Positions 1 through 12,343 of a stretch of DNA of 64,000 nucleotides are shown piece after piece. Positions within the stretch are counted from its first letter, which is position 1. The number at the start of each line of letters is the position of its first letter. The notes under the pieces are model-generated. The model made no database searches. It was given only the letters and a program-made list of their open reading frames with translations, and was not told the DNA's origin. Position numbers and translations under genes: made by a program. Origin of the DNA: Octopus sinensis (Eukaryota); NCBI RefSeq assembly GCF_006345805.1, contig NC_043005.1:57846001-57910000 (forward strand). Direction: 5' to 3'.

Positions 1-516
1 TCTTCTACATCACACCATAACGAATAGATGACATAACATCGGTAAAGAAATTTGAGAAATTTGAAAAGAAAAAGCGAAACCAGTTATTTCTCTCAAAAAA
101 ATGTCACTGTATACAAACTTTTATATCATTTTCCGAACATGACGATTTTAATATATTTTTTAACCATATAATACAAATCTTCTGCAGTTTTTTCATTGTT
201 TTATATATATATATATATATATATCACACATATGTGTATGTGCGTGTATAATATTAAGCATAATAATAATAATAATAATCCTTTCTACAAAAGGTACAAG
301 GACTGAAATTTGGTGGGAGGAGATAAGTCGATTATGTCAACTCCAGTAATTATTTTATCAACACCGAAAGAACGAAAAGCAAAGTTAACTTCTGTGGAAT
401 TTGAACTCACAACGTAAGGACGAACGAAATGCTGCCAAGCATTTTGCCCGACGTGCTAACGATTCTGCCAGCACGACGCCTTTAGCGTAATAATAGCAAT
501 TATAGAGTATACCTAC

Positions 517-609
517 TTGCTGACATAAGCATAGGACTGGCACCAACTCTGCTACCAGATGGCAGCTCTTTGCCAAGCCATTCAGGAATATCAACAACAC
601 CTGGGTTAC
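517..609 (-). CDS. Aminopeptidase P (M24B, XPNPEP1/2-like) internal exon; gene continues beyond the window start
   Basis: ttccag|GT...GCA A|gtaggt; 93 nt, phase 1-1; encodes (G)NPGVVDIPEWLGKELPSGSRVGASPMLMSA, resembling the WL..LP.GSRVG.DP segment of aminopeptidase P. Confidence 0.9.
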
Positions 610-794
610 CTGGAATTGAAAATGACGAAGTCATCAGTTAATATATACATGCACTAACACACACACACACACACCACACACACACACACATACACACAGA
701 CATATACATACATGCATACATACATACATACATACATACATACATACATACATACATACATACATACATACATACATACATACATACATACATA

Positions 795-1480
795 CATACA
801 AGAGGATATCTATGGACAATTGCTTCAAAGCCTCCAGCTTCTATATCCGAAACTATCAATTCATATTCATACCAAAAATAATTGGAGCACTAGGTTTTGT
901 TAGTAAGTGCTTAAAGGAGAATCTGGATAAACTGGGATTTTCAGTAAGAGAAATCGACTGGTTAATTCGTATATTACAAGTGCAATCTGTGAGTGGAAAA
1001 ATAAAACTATGCAAGAATTTTCTCAAGTTCCAAACGTGAATTTGTCTGTGTTAACTACATCCTAAAGATGGGGCCTTGTATCTTTGTTGGAAACCGGCTC
1101 CCTCCTCAGTGGAATATTTATAATAATTAAAAAATAGAAGAGATACATGCATACACACACACCACACACACACACACCACACACACACACACACACGTCT
1201 TAGAAAAAATATGGCAGTTGAAAATCTCCTCTTACAACAAGACAATACTCCCCAGTGTATTTGCAATGCCAGTGCTGATTCCAACATTTAGGATTCTTGA
1301 CTGGTTTGTGTAGGAAATCCATTCAATGGACGTTAAAACTCGCAAAGTACTGACATCAAGGAATAGTGATGTCGATAGGCTCTACTTAAGAAGAGCTAGA
1401 GGAGGTAGGGGGCTTGGGATCAGTGCAGACAGCCTTCGACTGTTGTAGTTCCTCTCAGACAGCACTTGCTAAACAACAGC
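795..1480 (+). mobile_element. Fragments of an R4/Dong-like (RLE-type) non-LTR retrotransposon
   Basis: 795-1039 encodes IIGALGFVSKCLKENLDKLGF...KLCKNFLKF*; 1210-1460 encodes AMPVLIPTFRILDW...DVKTRKVLT..SDVDRLYLRRARGGRGL. Confidence 0.7.
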
Positions 1481-1703
1481 AGCAACAATAAATACAAAAC
1501 CTAATCATTCCCAACATTTTTGATTATCTCCCTTATACCGAAAAAATCCCTGATTACCTCCCTCTGTTTCGAACTCTTCTACATCACACCATAACGAATA
1601 GATGACACAACATCAAGTCAAGAGTGGCTTGGGTTTAAGCAAGAGCAAAACTACAAATAAAAAACAAAAAGAGCAACAAGAGTAATAAATACTGCCTCCT
1701 TAC

Positions 1704-1808
1704 CCATACGCTGAAGAATCCAGGAGCAGTCTAAGATAGATTCCGCCTCCAAAAAGTAGCGACCGTCAGTCCAAAGAGCCGCTTGGTTTGTAGTTACGAC
1801 AGCTGTTC
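1704..1808 (-). CDS. Aminopeptidase P exon
   Basis: ctatag|GA...ATG G|gtaagg; 105 nt, phase 1-1; (G)TAVVTTNQAALWTDGRYFLEAESILDCSWILQRM with the WTDGRY motif. Confidence 0.95.
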
Positions 1809-2438
1809 CTATAGTAGAGAAGACAAGGGAGTAAAAATGTATTCAGAATTATGCAAATGTGGCTGGGAAAAGTAGACAATGTTCTTTTGTTTTATTTGCC
1901 GTAGGAAATGGCATTGACCATGGTTCTTACAGGTCTTCTTAGACCCGGTGAGATTGACGCTATTAATGTTCTGTTTAAACTGCTGCGAGTCGGCACCTAC
2001 AAGAAAGACATCAGTATGGAGAGAATTCCAGAAGACCGACGTTTTGGGAAAGAAAAAAATGGGTGTTGGACGCGACAATGGCGATGGGAAGCGGTAGCAC
2101 TAGTGGGCAGAGAATGCCCGAATGAACGAGGCATGTGCCCATGAGAATTGGAGGCCATTATAGTGGTAGTAGAAAAAAGTAGGGAGAAGAGACAAGACCG
2201 CAAAACCAGAAAACGAGCCTAGAGTTTTGCTCTGCCGTGGGTTTTGAGAAAGTATCTTCAGGAGCCGATCAGAATTATTCGATCTGAAAACAAATTACAA
2301 TCATATTACATTATATAATAAGAACAGATTTATTCAAAAGTAAATTTACAATATTTAGTGAATGTGCAGTACTCACATAGAAGAACCAGAATATGTGACA
2401 CCGCTCAGACCATGTTCTACTGTATTATTAACAGAATG

Positions 2439-2504
<66 letters not shown>

Positions 2505-2614
2505 AGATATATATATATATATATGTATAAGGATGAAAAGGAACACACGAGTTGATATATATGAAAAAATAAGTCAAAATAGAAAATGCTAAAATAATTT
2601 TATAAAGAACATTT

Positions 2615-2652
2615 AAGTACCGGTTTCAGTCATTTTGAGACCTTTTCAACTG
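2615..2652 (-). ncRNA. Degenerate U3-A8 hammerhead motif
   Basis: Minus strand ag TTGAAAA GGTC-tcaaaat-GACT GAAA C-CG-G TA ct; stem I only about 2 bp. Confidence 0.5.
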
Positions 2653-3399
2653 TAACGATTAAATAATTAAATTTAGAAAAATTAAAAGAAATGTTTTTTT
2701 AAAGGAATATTTGTATAGTGTTCAAATATAAGTGGCATTTTCCTTGTTTCTGCCTTGCTCTGTCTCTCTTGTTCACACTTGTGGGTTATATATATATGAT
2801 AATATAGTTCTCTGATAGGCTAAAAGACGAGATGGTCAACTCGGTATGTCTTTGATCACAGGAGTGCTTCATCAGAACGAATAACAACATCGGCAAGTTG
2901 GTATCGCATAATAACAAAGCCACCCGATGTCAATCTTTCGTTATATTGTGGTACTGAAATCAGAACTTCCGTTTGGACTTAAACCATAATAAAAGTGTTT
3001 AAGGTACTACTCTAATTTCTTCTCTGTCCAAGAATAAACAAAACTACTTTCATCACGAAAACAAGCATTTTTTTTTCTAGTTTCAGCTCAGAATTGCGGC
3101 CATGCTGATGCACCACCGTTTGTTGATTTTCAAAAATCAGACTGAGATATTTTCACCGCAACCATTCCTCCACCATTGCAACCGTTATTATCCACGGAAG
3201 ATATGTGGATCGTAGAATTTCGTTGCATCTCGGTTAATCGAAGTTTAAGATGTTTAATGAAACCTTGAATTAACGCTAATCTGTGGAAGTGTTTATGAAA
3301 AACAGTAACCTCGTTTTTTGTTATCAAAACCTGATGTACGGGAAAAAGAAAAACAATCGTAAAATTCTTGAAAACTAAAGAATGATGCAAAATAGTTAC

Positions 3400-3463
3400 C
3401 TCGTGTTCCTTTGAATCCACTAATAAATGCTCTCCGTTTATCGTAAGCAGCAACATATTCACT
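3400..3463 (-). CDS. Aminopeptidase P exon
   Basis: ttacag|AGT...CGA G|gtaact; 64 nt, phase 0-1; SEYVAAYDKRRAFISGFKGTR(G), matching the SEY...RRAF.SGF.G..G motif. Confidence 0.95.
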
Positions 3464-5669
3464 CTGTAAAAAAAAGAAGGAAAGTTGAAACTTCGTATTT
3501 GAGCTGGTGCTACTACTACTACTACTACTACTACTACTGCTGCTGCTACTACTGCTACTACTACAGCTTACAAAGATGACGAAGTCCAAGAACCCCATAT
3601 GAAAATAACTAAACACAAAACGAATTGCCAAATTAACAGTACATGGTTTAATAAAAAAAAAAAAAATTCTATTAATCTTAAGACTCCAGTTAGTGTATTG
3701 GGAAAGGTTAAGGTAAGGGTTAAAATTGGGGATGGGATGGGTTAGGGGGATGATATTTTGATGTAAATCAGCGTGTTTTAAAAGGCTGCAACAATACATA
3801 TCGAACATGAATAACAATAGTAAGAACAGTTGCAAAAATATTGAATCGCTACTTTAGCAACATTTCAAGGTTTAGAAATACACCTATATGCTTAGCATAC
3901 TGGTTCTGTGACTGTCTAGTGGACGCGTTTCTCTCATTCCCCTAACACTTCTGAAAAGGAGTATTTTACCCAAATTATTAGGAATATTTGTTGAGCAACT
4001 TGCCAATATTTTTGTTATTGTTGTTATAGATATTTAATATTCTGTGTGTATTGCTACAGTCTTTTATGACACATTGATCTACACATTCCGCAATACTTCA
4101 ATGTTCTTCTTCATATTTTGTAATATATATATTATTCCAAAATATTATTTGGGGTAATAAAAAAAACTTCGCCCTTTTCAAGCCTAGCCAGGTTTCCCAG
4201 TTTCTGTGACGTATATGTTCCCCCCAGCAGGATGGGACGCCAGTCTATCGCAAAGTTACTCAAGAAACAGGAAGAGAGTGTGAGAGAAAGTTGTGACTAA
4301 AGAGTATAACAGGGGTCTCCACCCCCCCCCTGCCGGAGATCGTGGAGCTTTTAGATGTTTTCACTCAATAAACACACGCAACACCCGGTCTGGGAATCGA
4401 AACCGCGAGTCCGCTGCCCTAACCACTGGGCCATTGCGCCTCCACATTTGGGGTAATATATACCAAAAATTACATAGGTCTGTATTATCTAAGAACACTT
4501 AGTTCATAAATATCTTTCAACCTCTTTATCAAGATATAAAAAAAAGTCGTCATATTTATAGGCTCCCTTTTCTCTTTTTATAATTTAAGGGTCGTAAAGC
4601 GGAAGAGTAGCTAAAACAGCACCCTAATTGCCTCGCAGTATATTGTTGTATTTGTCTAAGTTCTGAGATAAAAGTATGAACCAGTCATGACCAGGTATCG
4701 ATCCAATCGTTTATATCATCACATTGTCTCCTAAACCTTTATGATATTATGCCACTGTAAGGTCTTATCATCGTCTCATCGTCACCACCATCTCTCAACC
4801 ATCAGGGTCAATTTTGCATTTTATTCTTCTGCGAGGAAATCCACTAAACCACAACATGCTTGTAAATATTTGGTCATATGGCGATATAATACATCTTTAG
4901 TTTTTATAGTTTATACATGGATACACCTGATATATATCTCCTCAAACTAGAAACCATTAATTATTACCAAGCATAATAAGATTGCCCATGAAGGCAATCA
5001 TGCAATATCACTATATGTAATCACCATAAACCGTGAATGACCCCTTTAACATGTTCAACCTTATGAGAATGGAGGACAACTCAACATAACTAAACCCTAA
5101 GATATAAAAAAGATATAAAAGACTCACAAACAAGTGTATCATATATATATTCCCATTAACAGCTGCTTAACGGATGTGTGTGTAAAATTATTTTTTTAGA
5201 GATGTTATGAAGAGGTTAAACCTTGTTACATTGCAATATTTGTTTGCTAATTTGTGAGATGCCCCCCAAAATTGGTTGACAGAGAGTGAAAAATTAAAAA
5301 TTCAAATTGGAATGACCTTTACTGTGCTGAAAATCAAGAGGGAAAAAAATCGATATTTTATTGCTAACAGAAAGGTTTATGAAAAGGAGCTGAAAGTCAA
5401 GCTAAATCGAATTGAACAATGAAGCCGCTAATTGAATTAGTCCGTGTTGGAATAATTGAATTGAATATACAGAACAATACTTAATGCTCCACCACCACCA
5501 CCACCACCTTGAAAAGTACGCACCATTAAGAAAATCTTAAAAAATAAAACCCATCAATAGAAATGAATTAATTTGTAAATTCCGCCTCAACAGACGACAG
5601 TAAAGTAAAAAGTGGAGGGGAGAAAAAAAGGAAGTGTAAACATTGTTTTTGAAAATGTGTCTTCCTTAC

Positions 5670-5795
5670 CTGATGAGCGTCTTCTGATGGTACGATGTAA
5701 GCATCTATCCTTTTACCATCTCCGACCGGATTTCGGAACCATATTCGTAGTGCCATTACACGATCGGCGGTTGTAATTCGTGTTTTGGAAATCGG
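5670..5795 (-). CDS. Aminopeptidase P exon
   Basis: ttttaag|CCG...CAG|gtaagg; 126 nt, phase 0-0; PISKTRITTADRVMALRIWFRNPVGDGKRIDAYIVPSEDAHQ; AYIVPSEDAHQ joins SEY of the next exon. Confidence 0.93.
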
Positions 5796-5990
5796 CTTAA
5801 AAAAGGAATAATGAAATGAAAATATCGAAAAGCACACAACACACAGACACACATCTCAGTAGTTCATAAATCCGAAAAGAAGCACATTCTAAAACTTTAG
5901 AATAGTAATGCTTAGAAGGTTGCTTGTTATGGCCGGTCAGAGGGTGACGAATGGTTTCGTACCTATAAAGTTCATGCACCTCCGGTTAAC

Positions 5991-6046
5991 AGTCTGACGA
6001 GTCCTCTATACCTATGAGCTTTATAGATGCGAAACCAATGCCCACT
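5991..6046 (+). ncRNA. Degenerate hammerhead motif in an aminopeptidase P intron
   Basis: agt CTGACGA gtcctctata...tatagatgc GAAAC caat gccc act; cleavage triplet mutated here but intact (GAAAC cattc GTC) in the inverted partial copy at 5916-5975. Confidence 0.55.
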
Positions 6047-6069
6047 CTCTGACTGCCCATAACAAACAG

Positions 6070-6105
<36 letters not shown>

Positions 6106-7309
6106 TGAGATGGTGTACAGGCTTTATATGTTAAGAAAAAAGGAGATAATTATTTATTTAACGCTTGCGGAGAATATTTATATGACAAATGAAGTACGGG
6201 AAGTAACTCAGAATGGCTAGAGGCATCAATCTAAACAACAAAGAAAGGTATATTAGATACGTTACAAGTCAAATTCCTGATTTATTGAAATTATCTCTCG
6301 TTCAAGAAAAAGTAAAGGAACATCGAGCGGCAAATCCGACCGACTCTGAATGTGAAGGGGGAAATGCTTCAAAAGAATCAACAATTCTCCTGAATTATGA
6401 TGCCATTAAGGAAAAATTAGCGAGTCTTTTCTTTCCTTGAGATAAAAGGACAACTGTGAGCAAGTGTTTCTTCTTCAACGAGCATACACACGTGTGTGCG
6501 TGCGCGTGTGTATGTGTGTGGGGAGTATTCTTTTACTTGTTTCAGTCATTTGACTGCGGTCATAGTGGAGCACCGCCTTGGAGGGTTTTAGTCGAACAAA
6601 TCGGCCCCAGGACTTAATTTTTAAGCCTTGTACTTATTCTATAGGTGTCTTCCATCGTGGGTTCCATCGTTGGTTACGTATCTGTAGCGGCAAGACAGTT
6701 GTAAATGCATCACTTTTGTTTTCCTGATAGAGTGTGTTTGGAACTACACTATCTAGCTTATCTTACCTTTTAAAAGTTAATGGTTGTGAGTACGAGGGAG
6801 ATTTTTAGATCGAAGAACCACAAAGAGGAGGGCCTTCCATTTTCCAAATTATTACAAAGAATGGTAAGAGGAAGAAGTAATACCTTGTAGTATTTAGTGC
6901 AGTCCCTTTATTTTCTGAATTCAAATATGGGTCTGTGGATCTCTGGTCAATCTAACTGACTATAGCTAATATGCACAGACAAATGTATGGTTTTGTACCA
7001 ATGTAACCCAGTACGTGATCTCTCGATTTGTTAAACATAGCAGCCAAATCTCCCTCGGATAACATTTTACCTTCTCCAAAAAGGAGGGAGACAGGACACA
7101 TTGAATAACGCAGTCTGAAAATGAACGTGATGGTCACGACTAGAACACCTCTGCCTAGTTCCTCTAAGTTAGTATAGGCGTGCGTTTAAAGAAGAAACAG
7201 CAGAAAGAAAAATAAGACAATGAAAAAAGATGGCGGCGAAAACACAAAGAAAAGTAAAAACAAAAGAAAAAAAAACACAAAAAAGAAAGTAGAACAAAAG
7301 TAAAGAGGC

Positions 7310-7342
7310 AAAAGAAGAAGAAGATGGTGATGATGATGATGG

Positions 7343-7376
<34 letters not shown>

Positions 7377-7405
7377 GAAGAAAAAAAGAAGTGGAAGAAG
7401 AAAAA

Positions 7406-7436
<31 letters not shown>

Positions 7437-7710
7437 AAGAAGAAGAAGAAGAAGAAGAAGAAGAAGAAGAAGAAGAAGAAGAAGAAGAAGAAGAAAAAGA
7501 AGAAGAAGATGATGATGATGATGAAGAAAAAGAAGAAGAAGATGATGATGATGATGAAGAAAAAGAAGAAGAAAATGATGATGATGATGATGAAGAAGAA
7601 GAAGATGATGATGATGATGAAGAAAAAGAAGAAGAAAATGATGATGATGAAGAAGAAGAAGAAGAAGAAGAAGAAGAAGAAGAAGAGAAGAAGAAGAAGA
7701 AGAAGAGGAA
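7310..7710. repeat. Compound (GAT)n/(GAA)n microsatellite
   Basis: Direct reading. Confidence 0.95.
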
Positions 7711-7864
7711 AAAGAAGAAGTGTTTTCTTTTATACATCAGATATAAGTATAAGCAGTACAAATACTGCTTCGGTGATATTTTCTTAAATGTTAAGTTAGT
7801 CATTGAACACAAGAGATGGTAGTCGGGGAAATGAGATAGCTATAAATTTGTAAATATAACTCAC

Positions 7865-7935
7865 TTGGCCATCAGCACAAGATGGTCGGTTGTCACTGTC
7901 CACTCTAGTTAGTCTTCCATTAACCGAGATCAATC
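7865..7935 (-). CDS. Probable aminopeptidase P N-terminal exon (end of leader/signal region)
   Basis: Strong acceptor ctctctctctcccccag| and donor CAA|gtgagt; 71 nt, phase 1-0; (x)LISVNGRLTRVDSDNRPSCADGQ splices in frame to PISKTRI. Confidence 0.7.
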
Positions 7936-7997
7936 CTGGGGGAGAGAGAGAGACAAGTAAATTATATTGTATGGTAGTAAATTATATTGTATTGTAA

Positions 7998-8230
7998 AGG
8001 CGGCGAGCTGGCAGAATCGTTAGCACGCCGGGCGAATTGCGTAGCCGTATTTCGTCTGCTACTACGTTCTGGGTTCAAATTCCGCCGAGGTCGACTTTGC
8101 TTTTCATCCTTTCGGGGTCGATAAATTAAGTACCAGTTACACACTGGGGTCGATATAATCGACTTAATCCGTTTGTCTGTCCTTGTTTGTCCCCTCTGTG
8201 TTTAGCCCCTTGTGGGTAGTAAAGAAATAT
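7998..8230 (+). mobile_element. SINE family A (tRNA-derived head, Nin-like core), representative copy
   Basis: ggcggcgagctggcagaatcgttagcacg...gttcaaattccgccgaggtcgactttgc..ttcatcctttcggggtcgataaattaagtaccag; other copies near 275-478, 8300-8900, 9960-10345, 11555-11985, 13000-13205, 29575-30290, 41583-41780, 50775-50975, 58160-59220. Confidence 0.85.
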
Positions 8231-8991
8231 ATATTGTATGGTAGGTAGCAATATGTTATTAGTTTTGCATTTTAACATTCTATGTACGTATAATATCGGT
8301 TTCAAAATTTGGCACAAGGCCAGAAATTTTGAGGGAAGGGAGAAAGTAAATTACGTCGACCCCAGCGTTCAAGTGGTACTTATTTTAACGACCCCGAAAG
8401 AATGAAACGCAAAGTCGACCTTGGCGGAATTTGAACTCAGAACGTCAAGACAGACTAAATGCTGCTGAACATTTTGCGCGGCATGCTAACAATTCTTATT
8501 TCTTTACTGCCCACAAGGGGCTAAACACAGAGAGGACAAACAAGGACAGACAAACGGATTGAGTCGATTATATCGACCCCAGTGCATAACTGGTACTTAT
8601 TTAATCGACCCCGAAAGGATGAAAGGCAAAGTCGATCTCGGCAGAATTTGAACTCAGAACGTAGCGGCAGACGAAATACCTATTTCTATTTCTTCACTAC
8701 CCACAAGGAGCTAAACACAGAGAGAACAAACAAACGGATTAAGTCGATTATATTGATCCCAGTGCGTAACTGGTACTTATTTAATCGACCCCGAAGGGAT
8801 GAAAGGCAAAGTTGACCTCGGCCAAATTTGAACTTAGAACGTAGCGGCAGACGAAATACCGCTAAACATTTCGCCCGGCATGCTAACAATTCTGCGAGCT
8901 CGTCGCATTAATGTACGTATAATATTGTTGTTTCCAAAGTGTCTTTTGTAAGCCAAGTGGTTTGATCTTAGACCATGTGTTGAGACTAAAA

Positions 8992-9150
8992 CGATTGCAG
9001 CTTGGAAGACACATGTTAGCTATTCAAAAACACACAGAGGCTATTAACCTCACCTAAACACTTATTATTTTGGTATCAAAATGTTTTAGTGAAGTTAACA
9101 ACCTCTGTGTGTTTTTGAATGACTTAGGTGTGTCTTCCAGGCTGCAATCG
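8992..9150. repeat. Inverted repeat, ~65-bp arms
   Basis: cgattgcagcttggaagacac...aaacacacagagg / cctctgtgtgttt...gtgtcttccaggctgcaatcg. Confidence 0.8.
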
Positions 9151-9232
9151 TGATAATACTGCTGATTGTATTTCGTTTTTGGATTTGGTTTGCAAGATTC
9201 TTTATATGAGTTGGTGTGTTGAAGCACATTCT

Positions 9233-9513
9233 GTTGTGTCTGGGGAGAGTCATTTTCTTTTTGTGCCTTATAATGTAACACACTCACTAGCAAAATTTCC
9301 ACTTATTTTTTATTTTTATTTTCCTAAAAATTTTCGTTACATCTTGCAACCGAAAATTTTTAGGAAAATAAAAATAAGTGGAAATTTTGCCGGTGAGTGT
9401 GTTACATTACGAAACTTTTTAAGAAAATAAAAATAAAAAATAAGTGGAAATTTTACCGGTGAGTGTGTTACATTATAAGGCACAAAAAGAAAATGACTCT
9501 CCCCAGACACAAC
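9233..9513. repeat. Inverted repeat (~100-bp arms) with an extra partial tandem copy of one arm
   Basis: gttgtgtctggggagagtc...cctaaaaattttcg versus its reverse complement at ~9410-9513; partial copy at ~9351-9409. Confidence 0.8.
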
Positions 9514-12204
9514 AAAACTGCTGATGGTCTTTTATATTTTTATTTCTTTCAGACATTGGACTGCGGCCACGCTGGGGCATCACATAGAAGTGTTTAATCG
9601 AACAAATCAACCCAGTACTTATATTTTCTAAGTCTTCTACTTATTCTATCAGTTCTTTTTGCCTAACTGCTGAGTTACAGGAACGTAAACAATCCAACAC
9701 TGGTTGTCGAGCGGTGTGTGCTTTGAGGGAACAAACATATACACACATATATAAGTGTATGCACATACACACGCGACGGGCTTCCATGTAATTTCAACCT
9801 ACCAGATTCACTCACAAGTTACTGGTCGTCCCGAAGCTATAGTAGAAGACGCTTACTCGAGGTGTCGCGTAGTGGGACTGAGCCAGCAACCACAGGGTAG
9901 CAAAGTGAGCTTCTTAACTACACAGCCTTACCTTCGCTTAAGAAATAAATAAAGCAAAAACCCACAAGGGGCTAAACACAGAGAGGACAAACAAGGACAA
10001 ACAAACGGATTAAGTCGATTATATCGACCCCAGTGCGTAACTGGTACTTATTTAATCGACCCCGAAAGGATGAAAGGCAAAGTCGACCTCGGCGGAATTT
10101 GAACTCAGAACGTAGCCGCAGACGAAATACCTATTTCTTTACTACCCACAAGTGGCTAAACGTAGAGTGGACAAACAAGGACAAACAAAGGGATTAAGTC
10201 GATTATATCGACCTTAGTGCGTAACTGGTACTTATTTAATCAACCCCGAAAGGATGAAAGGCAAAGTCGACCTCGGCGGAATTTGAACTCAGAACGTAAC
10301 GGCAGACGAAATACCACTAAGCACTTCGCCCGGCGTGCTAACGATTCTACCAGCTCGCCGCCCTAAATTTAATTTATATTTTTTTGAAAATTTCTTTGGA
10401 TTTCTATGTTTTAAATATGCAAGATCACAACTCTGCAAAAATATTTCAAAATATTTTGCAGAATTGTAACTATTTTCCTCTTCTCCCATCTTCCCTAGTG
10501 CTTTAAAATTTTTCTCATTTTTGACGTTTTTCGATATTTTTTATTGATGTATTTGAAACAATGGAAATTATTTACAATTCAGCCAAAAAATTCTTTTAAA
10601 ATTTCAAAATAATTTTCTATATTCAAAATGAATAATTTACGCATATTTTAGTGAATATATCGAACTGTTTGTTTCTCACTGTGACAAATTCCTGTTTCAA
10701 AGTGTGACCTCCGGAAAAGTAAGAAATTCATTAATTCAATGAACTGAGAGCTGAGTTGATTGAACAACTGATATTCATCATCAAAACCGACGAGGAGACA
10801 TTTACCATAATGGTACATTATTTGTCGATTTCACAAGAATAAAAGAAGAAAAGTTAACCTCGGTGAGATTTGAACCTTGAATATAAAGCGCCGAAACAAC
10901 CCCGTCATACAGTTGTCCAACGCGCTAACAATTTTGCCAATCAACCAATTTAACTCTTTGACCAACATTACATACATCTTAGACGTCCAGGAATCACATA
11001 TGCTACACATTCTTGGCTGCGTGGTACGTAGCTTGCTTACAAACAACATGGTTCCGGGTTCAGCCCCACTGTGTGGTACCTTGGACAAGTGTCTTCTACT
11101 ATAGCCTCGGGCCGACCAAAACCTTGTGAGAGGATTTGGTAGGCAGAAACTGAAAGGAGCCCGTCGTATATATGTATATATATATGTGTGTGACCCCAGG
11201 ATTTGATTGGAAGTTTATTTCATCGATCCCGAGATTAGAACTGAGAACATAAAAAGGCCAGAAGAAATGCCGCTAAATATTTTGTCTGACGTGCTAACGA
11301 TTCTGCCAGAATATTTAGAAAATGTGTATTTTTAATTCACTTCACCTGACATATTTATTCCTTTGTACTAAAGTGTAATGTAAGCAACAACGTCTTAAAA
11401 CGATTTTAATACTCGTTTTATAAACAAGAGCAGATGTCATTGACGTCATCCAGAGAAATACCACTCCTTTAATAGCTAATGTCAGTCCCACGACTCTGGC
11501 CCACAGACATGCTGTCGCCTCTGTGCTTTTTCTGTCACTATTTTTACAACCTCAAAGGTGGCCATCTGGCAGAATCGTTAGCACGCCGGGCGAAATGCTT
11601 AGCGGTATTTCGTCTGCCGCTACGTTCTGAGTTCAAATTCCGCCGAGGTCGACTTTGCCTTTCATCCTTTCGAGGTCGATTAAATAAGTCCAGTTATGCA
11701 CTGGAGTCGATATAATCGACTTAATCCGTTTGTCTGTCCTTGTTTGTTCCCTGTATGTTTAGCCCCTTGTGGTCAATAAAGAAATAAGAATCGTTTGCAA
11801 AATGCCGAACAAAATGCTTAGTGGTATTTCGCCCATCCTTATGTTCTGAGTTCAAATTCTGCCGAGGTCAACCTTGCCTTTTTTCTTTTCGGGTTCGATA
11901 AAATAAGTACCAGGCAAAGAACTGGGATTGATATAATCGACTAGTCCCCTCCCCAAAAATGTCAGGCCTTGTGCCTATAATAGAAAGAATTATCATTATA
12001 GCCTCTTTTCCTCGGTGCTATGGTATCGAAAATTGGTCGGCTCAGGGGCTGTCGTAGTCTAATAGTATAGACAACTATAACTCCGGGCCAACTAATGCAT
12101 TGTGAGTGAATTTAGTAGACAAAAACTGAATGAAATTCCGTTGTATGTGTGTGTGTGTGCGTATAGTGTGTGTATATATATATGTATGTATATATGTATG
12201 TATG

Positions 12205-12249
<45 letters not shown>

Positions 12250-12343
12250 TATATATGTATATATATATGTATGTGACCGCTTGTGTACCGTTGGCGATTT
12301 TTTTCCCACTGTCTTCCCTTCTCTGGATCTTTCCTTCTCCTAT

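Noticed and set aside
1575-1615. ~40-bp duplicate of positions 1-40
   Set aside because: Too short, and truncated by the window edge, to interpret
1905-1947. Plus-strand AG...GT-bounded mini-exon EMALTMVLTGLLRP
   Set aside because: Antisense within an intron, no partner exons or homology; likely chance
2830-2878. CTGATGAAGCAC-tcct-GTG on the minus strand
   Set aside because: No GAAA or cleavage triplet downstream
7071-7114. Possible minus-strand exon (x)CVIQCVLSPSFLEK with AG/GT, phase 1-0
   Set aside because: No family resemblance; the 7865-7935 exon has the same phases, stronger splice sites and a better fit. It remains possible only as an alternative exon
8490-10345. Regularly spaced repeats resembling a CRISPR array
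   Set aside because: Units are ~165-190-bp SINE bodies without unique spacers; eukaryotic context and no cas genes
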